NCBI GenBank assembly: GCA_041659405.1
Contig: JBAZYK010000013.1
Location: forward strand, 22,325-54,324
From: Candidatus Altimarinota bacterium
GTDB taxonomy: Bacteria; Patescibacteriota; Gracilibacteria; UBA1369
Direction of reading: 5' to 3'
Length of the DNA stretch: 32,000 nt
In this document: positions 8,247 to 17,433 of the stretch, piece after piece
Numbering within the stretch: the stretch's first letter is position 1
How the letters are laid out: each line of letters begins with the position of its first letter
Translations under genes and position numbers: made by a program
Notes under the pieces: generated by a model
The model's database searches: none
What the model was told of the DNA's origin: nothing
Seen by the model: the letters and a program-made list of their open reading frames with translations, nothing else

Positions 8247-9016
8247 ATAAAATACCACCACAATCAGACCCAAGCGCGAGCTCCATTCCTGAAACATTGC
8301 ACGAGAAATTTAAAAATTCCGTGCTTGATAAAATTAAAAAAGGCGAAGTTCACATGCGTCCCAAAGCTTATTTTGTGCTCAAATTAATACTTTTGATTAC
8401 AGTTGGTGTTTTGGCTTTGCTGACATCTTCAGTGCTGATTAGTTTCATTATTTTTAGTGTAAACGTCAGCGGGAAAATGTTTTTGTTAGGATTTGGTGCA
8501 CGCGGAATTAGCATGTTCTTTTTGCTTTTCCCCTGGAAAATTCTGGTAATAAATGTTTTACTTTTATTTTTATTGGAATGGCTGATTAAACGTTTTCAAT
8601 TTGGGTATCGCCGACCTTTTATTTATCTTTTATCATGTGCCTTGGCAATCAGCATTGTTGCCGGACTTATCATCAATGCAACTCCACTTCATCAAGCTAT
8701 ATTAAAATCAAACGAAGAAAGGCATTTGCCGGTAATTGGATCATTTTATGAACATTTAAGAAGGCCGACCGATGGCAGAGATGTGGTCAGAGGAGTGGTA
8801 ATCACCATTTCCGGAAACTCATTAACACTTCAGGCTGATGATCTTGATAACGATCATGATGACGGTATCAGAAAAGTTATTATGGCACCGCCAATTCAAA
8901 TTCCAAATTTTATCAAAATTGGGGACTTGATTTTCGTAGCGGGTGATCTTAGGGATGATCAAATTTTTGCCTTTGGTATAAGAAAAATCGAACCTAATGT
9001 GGGTAATCGGAAATAA
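8243..9016 (+). CDS. Putative membrane-bound anti-sigma factor (multi-pass membrane protein with a C-terminal extracytoplasmic domain)
   Basis: Its start overlaps the sigma-factor stop by 4 nt (ATGA). A short cytoplasmic N-terminus (KFKNSVLDKIKKGEVHMRPKAYF) is followed by several hydrophobic helices. The functional call rests on position only. Confidence 0.5.
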   Translation: MNKIPPQSDPSASSIPETLHEKFKNSVLDKIKKGEVHMRPKAYFVLKLILLITVGVLALLTSSVLISFIIFSVNVSGKMFLLGFGARGISMFFLLFPWKILVINVLLLFLLEWLIKRFQFGYRRPFIYLLSCALAISIVAGLIINATPLHQAILKSNEERHLPVIGSFYEHLRRPTDGRDVVRGVVITISGNSLTLQADDLDNDHDDGIRKVIMAPPIQIPNFIKIGDLIFVAGDLRDDQIFAFGIRKIEPNVGNRK

Positions 9017-9092
9017 TAAATGAAATAATCTTGTCCGAGAGGGTGTAGTAGTAAGTGTCGCGACTGATTATTATTTATTAAACTCAAAATCT

Positions 9093-9650
9093 ATGAATAA
9101 GAAATTATTGGCATCCGGAAGTGCGTTTGTAGTTTTACTTATGGTAGGCTCCGGCATCGGTTTTGCCCAAGTGGCTCCTACAGAATCGTCTACTGCAGAT
9201 CAAGAAAATACTTCAAAAGGAGCTTGGCATTTTAACCATAACTTTAAGCCAAATTCAAATTCGGACGCAGGTATGACTATGCTTGCAACCAAACTTGGCC
9301 TTAATGCCGATCAGGTTAAACGGAAGCTGCAATCAGGGAAAAGTTTCAAACAGATTCTTGCTGACCGTGGCATTACTCGCAATCGCCATTTTGGCGGTGG
9401 ATTAATGGCTCCTGAAATGCTTCAGGCACAGGCTAATGCTTTGGGTATTACGGTTGATCAACTAAAACTGGATTTAAAAAACAAGCAAACTCCACGCCAG
9501 ATTGCCACCACTCAAGGGCTTACTATCGCGCAATTTAACCAAAAGCTCGCTCAACAACTTCAAACAATGATTCAAAATGGAACAATCACCGGCGACAAAG
9601 TTACTTTCTTTAACCGCATTATTAAAAGATTGAACCAGCCTAAACAATAA
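9093..9650 (+). CDS. Secreted hypothetical protein with repeated helical LG(L/I)xxDQ(V/L)K motifs
   Basis: N-terminal signal peptide MNKKLLASGSAFVVLLMVGSGIGFAQVAP. Repeat-like segments are LGLNADQVKRKLQSGKSFKQILADRGIT and LGITVDQLKLDLKNKQTPRQIATTQGLT. Confidence 0.6.
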   Translation: MNKKLLASGSAFVVLLMVGSGIGFAQVAPTESSTADQENTSKGAWHFNHNFKPNSNSDAGMTMLATKLGLNADQVKRKLQSGKSFKQILADRGITRNRHFGGGLMAPEMLQAQANALGITVDQLKLDLKNKQTPRQIATTQGLTIAQFNQKLAQQLQTMIQNGTITGDKVTFFNRIIKRLNQPKQ

Positions 9651-9673
9651 CCCGAGCCAACCGCTTGCCCCAT

Positions 9674-11521
9674 ATGAAAGATCAAATCAACCAGTTTTTA
9701 AAAAATATTACCCGTCGTAAAGGTTTACTCGCTATAATAATTTTGGTGTTGATAGGTATCATTTATTTTGGTTATCAATCAACAAAAGGTGCCGACACTA
9801 CACCTCATTATACCCTTACAGATCTAACCAAAGGGACTTTAGTCGTTTCCATTTCCGGATCCGGACAAGTTATTGCATCAAACCAGTTGGATATAAAACC
9901 GCAAGCTTCAGGTCTAATCACGGCTGTTAATGTTAAACAGGGCGATATAGTAAAATCAGGACAAGTGTTAGCGATTATTGATCAGCGAAGCGCCGCTGCT
10001 TCTGTATTACAATCAAAATCTTCCGTGGCATCGGCTCAGGCAAGCTACAATAAACTGGTTGCAGGCACCACAAGTACAGATCTAAAAGTAAGCCAAACTT
10101 CAGTTGATTCGGCCAAGTCAAGCCTGGATAGCGCGCAAAAAAGTGGAGATATGACCATCATAAGCGCTCAAAATAGTTTAGAAAACGCCAAAAGAAATTA
10201 TGAAAATGTAAAAAATCAACAAGATATAGCTGTCAAAAATGCCCATACGGATTTACTGAATTCATCTTTAGAAGCACTTCCAAGCGATCAAGCTTCAACT
10301 GCAACAGTAGCTATTTCCGGAACTTATGCTGGAACCAAGGAAGGCAGTTTCCAGATCAGAGTTTATAATGGTGGCAACGGCCAATATTATTATTCAATCG
10401 ATCCAAACGGAGCGGCATCGACATCGGCAATTATCACTCCCGGGTTGTCCCAACCACTTGGAGATGGGTTATATATAACTTTTAGTACAGGAACTATCTA
10501 CAGTACAACTTGGACTATCGACCTTCCAAACACCAAAGCTTCTGATTACCTGAGCAATTACAACGCCTACCAAGAAGCTTTACAAAATCAGCCTCAGGCT
10601 TTGGCTACTGCACAAGCTTCTGTTGACTCAGCCCAAATCGCCTTAGATCAGGCCAAACTGCAAGTTCAAAACTCCATTACAAGTGCCCAAAATTCTCTTA
10701 TAACTGCGCAGACAAATTTGGAAGCAAAACAGGTTCCCGCGCTCAAAGAAGATGTTGCTGCCTCACAGGCCCAATTGGATAGTGCCAACGCGCAACTCAT
10801 GATTACCGAAACCAATGCTTCAAATAACATTATTACCGCTCCATTCAGCGGAGAAATCGCCACTGTCAGCATTCAAAAAGGTGACACGGCCAGTTCGGGA
10901 ACTGCCGCCTTTACGCTAATCACTAAAGAGAAAATGGCCCAAATTTCCTTGAACGAAGTTGATATCGCCAAAGTTAAAATTGGCCAAAAAGCCACACTCA
11001 AAATTGATGCACTAAATAGCAATACTTTTGCCGGACAGGTAACATCCATAGATGTTTTAGGAACAGTGACTCAGGGCGTTGTAAATTATAACGTAAAAAT
11101 AGTTTTCCTTGATAACGACGATCGAATTATGCCGGGCATGAGTGTTAGCGCCGGAATAATTACCGATGTTAAACAGGATATTCTGATGGTTCCAAACGCT
11201 GCCGTTAAATCCCAAAATAGTATTAGTTACATAGAAATACTTGATGTTTCAAATCCGGTAAATATCCAAACCTCCGCAGATGAAACAGTAATTTCTAAAA
11301 AGCTACCGGCGCAGGAACAGGTTATCGTTGGCGCAACAAATGACACAAGCACCGAAATTTCCGGAACGAATATTAAAGAAGGTGATCAGGTCATAATTAA
11401 AACTACAGTTGGTAGCAAAGCCGCAACTGGTAGCTCATCCGGTAGTTTGGGTGGTTTAAGAATTCCAGGCGTTAGTGGTGGTGCGGGAGGTAACTTTGGC
11501 GGAGGCGCAAGAGGAAATTAA
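9674..11521 (+). CDS. Efflux-pump periplasmic adaptor (HlyD/MacA family) with an inserted domain in the coiled-coil hairpin and a Gly-rich C-terminus
   Basis: N-terminal TM anchor (LLAIIILVLIGIIYFGY). Lipoyl/barrel-sandwich motifs are GLITAVNVKQGDIVKSGQVLAIID and ITAPFSGEIATVSIQKGD. Long Ala/Gln/Ser heptad regions are present, and a beta-barrel region (GQVTSIDVLGTVTQGVVNYNVKI). It sits directly upstream of MacB-type ATPase and permease genes. The ATG at 9674 (MKDQINQ) is preferred. Confidence 0.8.
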   Translation: MKDQINQFLKNITRRKGLLAIIILVLIGIIYFGYQSTKGADTTPHYTLTDLTKGTLVVSISGSGQVIASNQLDIKPQASGLITAVNVKQGDIVKSGQVLAIIDQRSAAASVLQSKSSVASAQASYNKLVAGTTSTDLKVSQTSVDSAKSSLDSAQKSGDMTIISAQNSLENAKRNYENVKNQQDIAVKNAHTDLLNSSLEALPSDQASTATVAISGTYAGTKEGSFQIRVYNGGNGQYYYSIDPNGAASTSAIITPGLSQPLGDGLYITFSTGTIYSTTWTIDLPNTKASDYLSNYNAYQEALQNQPQALATAQASVDSAQIALDQAKLQVQNSITSAQNSLITAQTNLEAKQVPALKEDVAASQAQLDSANAQLMITETNASNNIITAPFSGEIATVSIQKGDTASSGTAAFTLITKEKMAQISLNEVDIAKVKIGQKATLKIDALNSNTFAGQVTSIDVLGTVTQGVVNYNVKIVFLDNDDRIMPGMSVSAGIITDVKQDILMVPNAAVKSQNSISYIEILDVSNPVNIQTSADETVISKKLPAQEQVIVGATNDTSTEISGTNIKEGDQVIIKTTVGSKAATGSSSGSLGGLRIPGVSGGAGGNFGGGARGN

Positions 11522-11530
11522 GCAATAATC

Positions 11531-12241
11531 ATGATCGAAATTAAAAACATCACCAAAACCTACATAACAGGCGACGTTGAAACACCTGTACTTAAAGGAA
11601 TTTCCTTTACAATTAAAGATGGTGAATTTGTCGCGATTATGGGACCTTCCGGTTCAGGCAAATCAACTCTTATGCATATTTTGGGAGCCTTGGATTCGCC
11701 AACAGGTGGACAATATTTTTTGGATGGACAGGACGTTTCCAAACTTAGTGATGATGAACTTGCCGATATCCGCCGCACCAAAATCGGGTTTGTTTTTCAG
11801 GCTTTTAATCTTTTGCCAAGAGCCACCGTTTTTAGAAATGTGATGTTGCCGCTGATTTATGCCGAAATTCCCGAAAAGGAACGTGAAGAGAAAACTAAAA
11901 AAGCACTACTCGCTGCGGGACTGGATGAAGATCGCTGGTATCACCACTCCAACCAGATTTCCGGTGGACAGATGCAGCGCGTTGCCATTGCCCGTTCACT
12001 TGTAAATAATCCTTCTCTTATTTTAGCTGATGAACCAACAGGTAACCTGGACACCAAAACCGGTGAAGTTGTGATGGGAACTTTTCAGCAGCTGAATGAA
12101 AAACATGGGCATACTATTGTACTTATTACTCATGAACTTAATGTGGCGGAACATGCCGATCGCATTATTCACTTGCGTGATGGAGTCGTCATCGAAGACA
12201 AAAAAAATGGTCACCGAAAATTAATTAATCATCACGCCTAA
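11531..12241 (+). CDS. MacB/LolD-type ABC transporter ATP-binding protein
   Basis: Walker [12 protein letters not shown]-loop [10 protein letters not shown], signature [15 protein letters not shown], Walker [13 protein letters not shown] and H-loop ITHE. Confidence 0.92.
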   Translation: MIEIKNITKTYITGDVETPVLKGISFTIKDGEFVAIMGPSGSGKSTLMHILGALDSPTGGQYFLDGQDVSKLSDDELADIRRTKIGFVFQAFNLLPRATVFRNVMLPLIYAEIPEKEREEKTKKALLAAGLDEDRWYHHSNQISGGQMQRVAIARSLVNNPSLILADEPTGNLDTKTGEVVMGTFQQLNEKHGHTIVLITHELNVAEHADRIIHLRDGVVIEDKKNGHRKLINHHA

Positions 12242-13467
12242 TGTTAATTGCTGATTTAGTCCACGAAACTTATGCGGCTGTCACCGTTAACAAGGTCCGC
12301 ACGGCTTTAACGATTTTAGGAATTGTCATTGGTATTGGCTCGGTAATTGCCATGGTTGCAATTGGCCAGGGTGTTCAAAATTCAATTCAAGCCAGCATTC
12401 AATCAATCGGCTCAAATCTTATTATCGTGACCCCAGGGGCCCAGCGCGGTGCCGGAGTGCAAGTTAGTGCAGGTAGAGGAAGTGCTCAGTCGCTAATCGA
12501 AGATGATGCAACGGCAATTAAAAAAGATATTACTGATGCCTCCGCAGTTGCTCCGGAAATTTCCAAAAGATACCAGGTTACTTCCAAGGGTTTAAACACC
12601 AACACTCAAATCACCGGAACAACACCGGATTATCCCGCTGTTCGCAATGTGGAGATTGATGAAGGTACTTTTATTACCGATCAAAATGTTATCGGTCTGA
12701 ATAAAGTTGCGGTACTTGGACCAACTACCCGTGATGATCTTTTTGGGGTAGGAGCTACAGAGGTGATTGGTCAAACCATTCGCATCAACAAAATGGAATT
12801 TAAGATTATTGGCATCACAAAGGCTAAAGGTGGCAGTGGCTTTAGTAATCCCGATGATGCCATTTACATTCCAATATCAACAGCCAGCCGTTTTTTAGCG
12901 GGAAATAATTATGTGACAACAATTTCAGTACAGTCTAAAGAATCCGCTACTTTAGCTGATGTTCAACAACAAATAACGGATTTACTGCTGCAACGCCACA
13001 AAATTTCCGACCCCCAGTTGGCTGATTTCAGCACGTTAAATCAGGCCGATATTGTGGCTACAGCTTCAACGGTAACCGGCACATTTACAATTTTACTTGC
13101 TGCCATCGCCGCTATTTCTTTGCTCGTTGGCGGTATCGGCATTATGAATATGATGCTTACCACAGTTACCGAAAGAACCCGCGAAATCGGTTTGCGTAAA
13201 GCAATTGGCGCCAAAAAGAATGACATCAGTATTCAGTTTTTGGCAGAATCAATTATGCTCACCTTTTTAGGAGGAATGATTGGCGTGTTTTTAGGGTGGC
13301 TCATTTCTTTTGCCGTGAGCGTGTTCGCCAATATTCCCACCAGTGTTTCTTTATCTTCAGTACTTTTGGCTTTTGGCGTTTCCGCCGGTATCGGCATCGT
13401 TTTTGGATACTATCCGGCACGTCGTGCCGCGGGACTTAATCCAATCGAGGCCTTACGTTACGAATAA
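12241..13467 (+). CDS. MacB/FtsX-family ABC transporter permease with a large extracytoplasmic domain
   Basis: N-terminal TM (RTALTILGIVIGIGSVIAMVAIG) followed by a MacB_PCD-like periplasmic domain. The C-terminal FtsX region carries the conserved REIGLRKAIGAKKNDI and YYPARRAAGLNPIEALRYE. Its start overlaps the ATPase stop (TAATG). Confidence 0.9.
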   Translation: MLIADLVHETYAAVTVNKVRTALTILGIVIGIGSVIAMVAIGQGVQNSIQASIQSIGSNLIIVTPGAQRGAGVQVSAGRGSAQSLIEDDATAIKKDITDASAVAPEISKRYQVTSKGLNTNTQITGTTPDYPAVRNVEIDEGTFITDQNVIGLNKVAVLGPTTRDDLFGVGATEVIGQTIRINKMEFKIIGITKAKGGSGFSNPDDAIYIPISTASRFLAGNNYVTTISVQSKESATLADVQQQITDLLLQRHKISDPQLADFSTLNQADIVATASTVTGTFTILLAAIAAISLLVGGIGIMNMMLTTVTERTREIGLRKAIGAKKNDISIQFLAESIMLTFLGGMIGVFLGWLISFAVSVFANIPTSVSLSSVLLAFGVSAGIGIVFGYYPARRAAGLNPIEALRYE

Positions 13468-13495
13468 TTTTATTATTTATTAACTCTCATAATTT

Positions 13496-13981
13496 ATGAA
13501 AAAGATAGTTGTTCCGGTTTTAATTACGGCCGTGGTTGTAGGCGGTTTATCATTCTATGGTGGCATGCAATATCAGCAAAGCACACTTAATGCTCAAAGA
13601 CAGCAAAGAACGGGTAGTTTTGGTGGAGCCGGTGGTATTGGAGCGGCAGGTTTCGGTGGCGCAGCAGGTGTTCGCGGACAAGCCGCCGGCATGATAAATG
13701 GTGACATTATCAGCAGCGACGATAAAAGCATTACTGTAAAAACACGCGATGGTGGCTCTAAAATCGTTTTTTTCTCCGGATCAACCGGCATCACAAAATC
13801 AGTTGATGGTGTTGCAAGTGATTTGGCAACAGGTAAAACGGTAATTGTAAGTGGTACAGCAAATTCAGACGGCAGTGTTACCGCACAAACAATTCAGCTT
13901 CGCCCACAGGCACCTGCAGGCACTCCAAATACAACCTCTCAACAAACTCAAACTGGCGCTTCGGAGCAGACTAAAAAATAA
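13496..13981 (+). CDS. Small membrane-anchored or secreted Gly-rich protein, function unknown
   Basis: N-terminal hydrophobic anchor (KKIVVPVLITAVVVGGLSFYGG), then the Gly/Ala-rich stretch GSFGGAGGIGAAGFGGAAGVRGQAAG, then a beta-rich domain (ITVKTRDGGSKIVFFSG...GKTVIVSGTANSDGSVTAQTIQLR). It is the last gene of the + strand efflux cluster. Confidence 0.6.
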   Translation: MKKIVVPVLITAVVVGGLSFYGGMQYQQSTLNAQRQQRTGSFGGAGGIGAAGFGGAAGVRGQAAGMINGDIISSDDKSITVKTRDGGSKIVFFSGSTGITKSVDGVASDLATGKTVIVSGTANSDGSVTAQTIQLRPQAPAGTPNTTSQQTQTGASEQTKK

Positions 13982-13988
13982 TAAGTTC

Positions 13989-14762
13989 CTAAGTTTTCAA
14001 CCCGGCGCCCTTTTTTAAAAGCACCAGTGCGATTGTTGCCAGTGTTATTGTGAACCCAACCAAAATCGCTGCGCTTACTGCCACATTCACGTCGGAAGCT
14101 CCAAAAAATCCGTAACGGAAACCGTCAATCATATAAAGAACGGGATTTAATCTGGAAAGATTTTGCCAAAAAACCGGCAAGTCTTTGATCGAATAAAAAA
14201 CTCCACCGAAATAGGTCAGGGGAGTCAAAATAAACGTTGGAAAAATACTGATATCATCAAACTTTGTGGCAAAAAGCGCATTAATAAAGCCTGCCAAAGC
14301 AAACAAAATTGAAGTTAAAACAATAAAAGTTATCACAATGCCAAGGTTGTAAATCTCCAAATGCGTAAAAAAAGCCGAAACAATAAAAATAATTATACCA
14401 ACCAGAATTCCCCTAAGCACTCCGCCAATTGTAAAACCGGCTAAGATGATCCAATTTGGCGTGGGGGAGACCATCAGTTCCTCAATATTACGATTGAATT
14501 TAGCGCCAAAAAAAGAACTCACCACGTTGGCAAAAGAACTCGTAATCACCGCCATCATCACCAAACCCGGCACAATGAAAGCCATATAAGGAACACCATG
14601 AATGTTTTTGATCTGTGAGCCAATAAAAGCCCCAAAGATCACAAAATAAAGAGCTTGATTGATCACCGGAGGCAACAAAGTTTGCATCCAGATCCTTAAA
14701 AATCGGACTATTTCTTTTCTGACAATAGTGTAAAAAGCGATCCAGTTATTTTTTAGTATCAT
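13989..14762 (-). CDS. ABC-2 type transporter permease
   Basis: A 257 aa protein with six predicted TM helices, a typical ABC-2 N-terminus (FYTIVRKEIVRFLRIWMQTLLPPVI) and RLNPVLYMIDGFRYG near the C-terminus. It overlaps the upstream ATPase gene by 17 nt. Confidence 0.85.
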   Translation of the reverse strand: MILKNNWIAFYTIVRKEIVRFLRIWMQTLLPPVINQALYFVIFGAFIGSQIKNIHGVPYMAFIVPGLVMMAVITSSFANVVSSFFGAKFNRNIEELMVSPTPNWIILAGFTIGGVLRGILVGIIIFIVSAFFTHLEIYNLGIVITFIVLTSILFALAGFINALFATKFDDISIFPTFILTPLTYFGGVFYSIKDLPVFWQNLSRLNPVLYMIDGFRYGFFGASDVNVAVSAAILVGFTITLATIALVLLKKGAGLKT

Positions 14763-15666
14763 GCGTTTTTAAAATGTTTAAAAATAGCTGCTCCAGGCGG
14801 TTTCCTTTCGGTTTTAAATCCTTAACGGTAATGCCATTTTCATGAAGCAGTGAAACCAGATCCGTCACATTCTGGTTGAGCCCCAAGTCCACTTCCATCG
14901 TCGAATCATCAATAACTTTTAAGTCGAAATCCTGAATTTTGCCCTGACCGATCAGTTTATTCACTGTTACCACATAGGTCTGCTTTTCCAATGAATTTAC
15001 CAGATTTTTCACAGTTCCGCTTTTTACAATTTCACCTTCTTTAATAATTGCCACGGTTTTGCAAAGCTGCTCAGCCTCTTCCAGATAGTGCGTAGTCAAT
15101 AAAATGGTGGTCCCGTTTTTGTTTAGTGCACTCAAATAATTCCACATCTCATGACGGAGTTCCACGTCGACTCCAGCGGTTGGTTCATCCAAAATTAAAA
15201 GTTTTGGCCGATGAACCAAAGCTCTGGCAATCATCAATCTTCGCTTCATCCCGCCGGAAAGTGCTCTTCCAGGTTGCCCGCGCTTATCCCATAAATTCAA
15301 AGCTTTCAAAATATGTGCCGTTTCTTTTAACGCAGTCTGTCGCGGCACACCAAAATATCCGGCCTGTGTTACCACAATATCTTCAACCTTTTCAAAAATA
15401 TTAAAATTAAATTCCTGCGGAACAACACCGATTAACTGTTTGGCCCTATTCAAATCATGATCAAGATCAAACTCATGAATTTTCACCAAACCGGAAGTCT
15501 TGTTCACCAAACCGGTCAGAATGCCAATAATCGTAGTTTTTCCGGCACCATTTGCCCCAAGCAAAGCAAAAAAATCACCCTTCTTTACCTGAAGATTCAC
15601 GCCTTTTAAAGCCAGCGTACCGGTTGAATATTTTTTTGTTAGATTTTCGATTGTGATTGCATTCAT
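14746..15666 (-). CDS. ABC-2 type transporter ATP-binding protein (DrrA/NatA-like)
   Basis: Walker A GANGAGKTT, signature LSGGMKRRLMIARAL, Walker B LLILDEPTAGVD and H-loop LTTHYLEEAE, plus the roughly 90 aa C-terminal regulatory domain usual for this subfamily. Its start overlaps the stop of the upstream RnfD-like gene by 4 nt. Confidence 0.9.
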   Translation of the reverse strand: MNAITIENLTKKYSTGTLALKGVNLQVKKGDFFALLGANGAGKTTIIGILTGLVNKTSGLVKIHEFDLDHDLNRAKQLIGVVPQEFNFNIFEKVEDIVVTQAGYFGVPRQTALKETAHILKALNLWDKRGQPGRALSGGMKRRLMIARALVHRPKLLILDEPTAGVDVELRHEMWNYLSALNKNGTTILLTTHYLEEAEQLCKTVAIIKEGEIVKSGTVKNLVNSLEKQTYVVTVNKLIGQGKIQDFDLKVIDDSTMEVDLGLNQNVTDLVSLLHENGITVKDLKPKGNRLEQLFLNILKTHDTKK

Positions 15667-16421
15667 TTTAGAATTTTTTTCATGGATTTATAATTTATAA
15701 ACGGGACTGTAAGATTAGCCAAAAGTAGGCCACCTGTAAACGAGGCGGCCGGATAAACCTGCAACATCACAAAGGTAAAAAGCGCCGTAAGTACTCCAAA
15801 TTTCATTTGTTGATTTGGGAAAATTGGAGCGGTCTTTGGATCTGTCAGCATAAAGAAAGTAAAAAAGAACGAGATCCCGATATTTAAAAAAAGTTCCTCC
15901 ACAATCACCAAATGATAAAAATATGCCTTATAACAAATTAAAGCCGCAAAAGTTATCAAAAAAGCAAAAATCATTTTCCAGTGGCCCGCGTATTTCATCA
16001 TCAAAATCGCCCCCAGAATAATCGTTATAATATGGCTGTAATCAGCCCACCAGCCCAAAGCTATTTTAAAAAACAGCATACCAATTAAAAGACCAAACGC
16101 CGCCGGATTTAAAACCGACCGTTTATTTATTTGGAAAAGATATTTGGAAATAATCGCCAAAACGGAAATCACGGCAATTGCCACAAGCGAAGAATTCGGC
16201 CCGGCCACCATGCCAATAATTAAGCCTGTAATAATTGCCGATTCTGAAATCTTCCATTTCTTGGTTTTCAAATAATCGGCTATCCCGCTTGTTAAAACCG
16301 CGCAAATTACCGCTACCGCAAGCTGTCCCAAAACACTTTCGTAGCCATAATGATAGCCGGAAATAATTCCTGCTATTAGAAGCAAAATTATGGTCCACTT
16401 TTTTACATTTAAAGTTGGCAT
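15663..16421 (-). CDS. Truncated RnfD/NqrB-family integral membrane protein (lacks the flavinylated loop)
   Basis: A 252 aa polytopic membrane protein. It has family-typical motifs SAIITGLIIG, NKRSVLNPAAFG (compare the FNPA motif) and a C-terminal FFMLTDPKTAP ... LLLANLTVPFINY (compare FFMATDPVT ... LLaN..PLiD in RnfD/NqrB). No (S/T)GAT flavinylation motif is present. Confidence 0.65.
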   Translation of the reverse strand: MPTLNVKKWTIILLLIAGIISGYHYGYESVLGQLAVAVICAVLTSGIADYLKTKKWKISESAIITGLIIGMVAGPNSSLVAIAVISVLAIISKYLFQINKRSVLNPAAFGLLIGMLFFKIALGWWADYSHIITIILGAILMMKYAGHWKMIFAFLITFAALICYKAYFYHLVIVEELFLNIGISFFFTFFMLTDPKTAPIFPNQQMKFGVLTALFTFVMLQVYPAASFTGGLLLANLTVPFINYKSMKKILK

Positions 16422-16435
16422 AAAAGCGAAGTAAA

Positions 16436-17428
16436 TTAAGGTTGGAAATAAGCTCTCATTTTAGGGCTCATGTAGAGCTCATTTTTATTATCTATCAGCA
16501 AACAGGAACAGCCTTCAAATTTTTCTATAAACAAAATAGCACTTTCTACAGGCATAAAAAAGATCGCCGTACTTAAAACGTCGGCCATTTTTGCCGTAGG
16601 TGCAACAACCGTAACGCTGCTAAGTTCATTTTCCTGATTTGGCGAATTAGCCGGATTAGAATTGGCGCGGTTAGCCTGCGGAGCTGCCTGGCTCGCCAGA
16701 TGTGCTGCCGCGTTAACCAGATGCAGCTTTCCTTCATCCGCCAATTTTTCTTTTCTAAAATAATTCCCGGATGTACAAATTGCCGCGTCAATAATATGAA
16801 GAACAGTTATCAGCTTTGTTGGATTTTTGGGATCACGAATGCCAACATCCCAATTTTTTTTATTTGGAGGAGTGCCTTTTACTCTAATGTCACCGCCAGC
16901 TTCAATCATCACGGCAGGCTCTTCAAAGCAGTCCATGGCCAAATCAATCGCCAATCCCTTTATCACACTGTTTAAATCCAAGGCCGCATTTTTTGGGAGT
17001 AGTACCGTCGATTTTTCTTTGTTGACCACGATTTGTTCAAAAGCAGCTAAATCCTCGGAAGTTTTAATTTCGGGAAAACTTTCATAATTCCGCTGAAAAC
17101 CGGGCGTAAACGCGCCAACCAACGGATTAAATGCGCCCTCACTTTTTTCCGCAAAACCCAACGCATAATCCAAAACATCCAAAAACAAAGGCGAAACACT
17201 GGTAACCTCGCCAGCTTTACCGTTTACCAAACAAATTTCCGAATCCGCTTTAAAAAGTGAAAATTGCTTCTCCAGATCCTTAAAAACCATAAAAGCTTTT
17301 TCAACACTTTTCTCCGTTTTTCCACCATTTCCTCCGCCAACGGACTTGTTTTCCCCGGCATCGTTTGAATAAAGAGTGATTGTAACTCTCGTATCCATAC
17401 TGGTTTGCTCAAATATTAGTGGCTGCAT
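16436..17428 (-). CDS. apbE: FAD:protein FMN transferase (ApbE family)
   Basis: ApbE-like blocks are FNPLVGAF, LDLNSVIKGLAIDLAMD, IEAGGDIRVKG, NWDVGIRDP, AICTSGNYFR and VTVVAPTAKMADVLSTAIF. A low-complexity insert (ASQAAPQANRANSNPANSPNQENE) interrupts the region that is normally H-I-I-D-P-x-T-G. No N-terminal signal peptide or lipobox is visible. Confidence 0.75.
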   Translation of the reverse strand: MQPLIFEQTSMDTRVTITLYSNDAGENKSVGGGNGGKTEKSVEKAFMVFKDLEKQFSLFKADSEICLVNGKAGEVTSVSPLFLDVLDYALGFAEKSEGAFNPLVGAFTPGFQRNYESFPEIKTSEDLAAFEQIVVNKEKSTVLLPKNAALDLNSVIKGLAIDLAMDCFEEPAVMIEAGGDIRVKGTPPNKKNWDVGIRDPKNPTKLITVLHIIDAAICTSGNYFRKEKLADEGKLHLVNAAAHLASQAAPQANRANSNPANSPNQENELSSVTVVAPTAKMADVLSTAIFFMPVESAILFIEKFEGCSCLLIDNKNELYMSPKMRAYFQP

Positions 17429-17433
17429 GAAAG

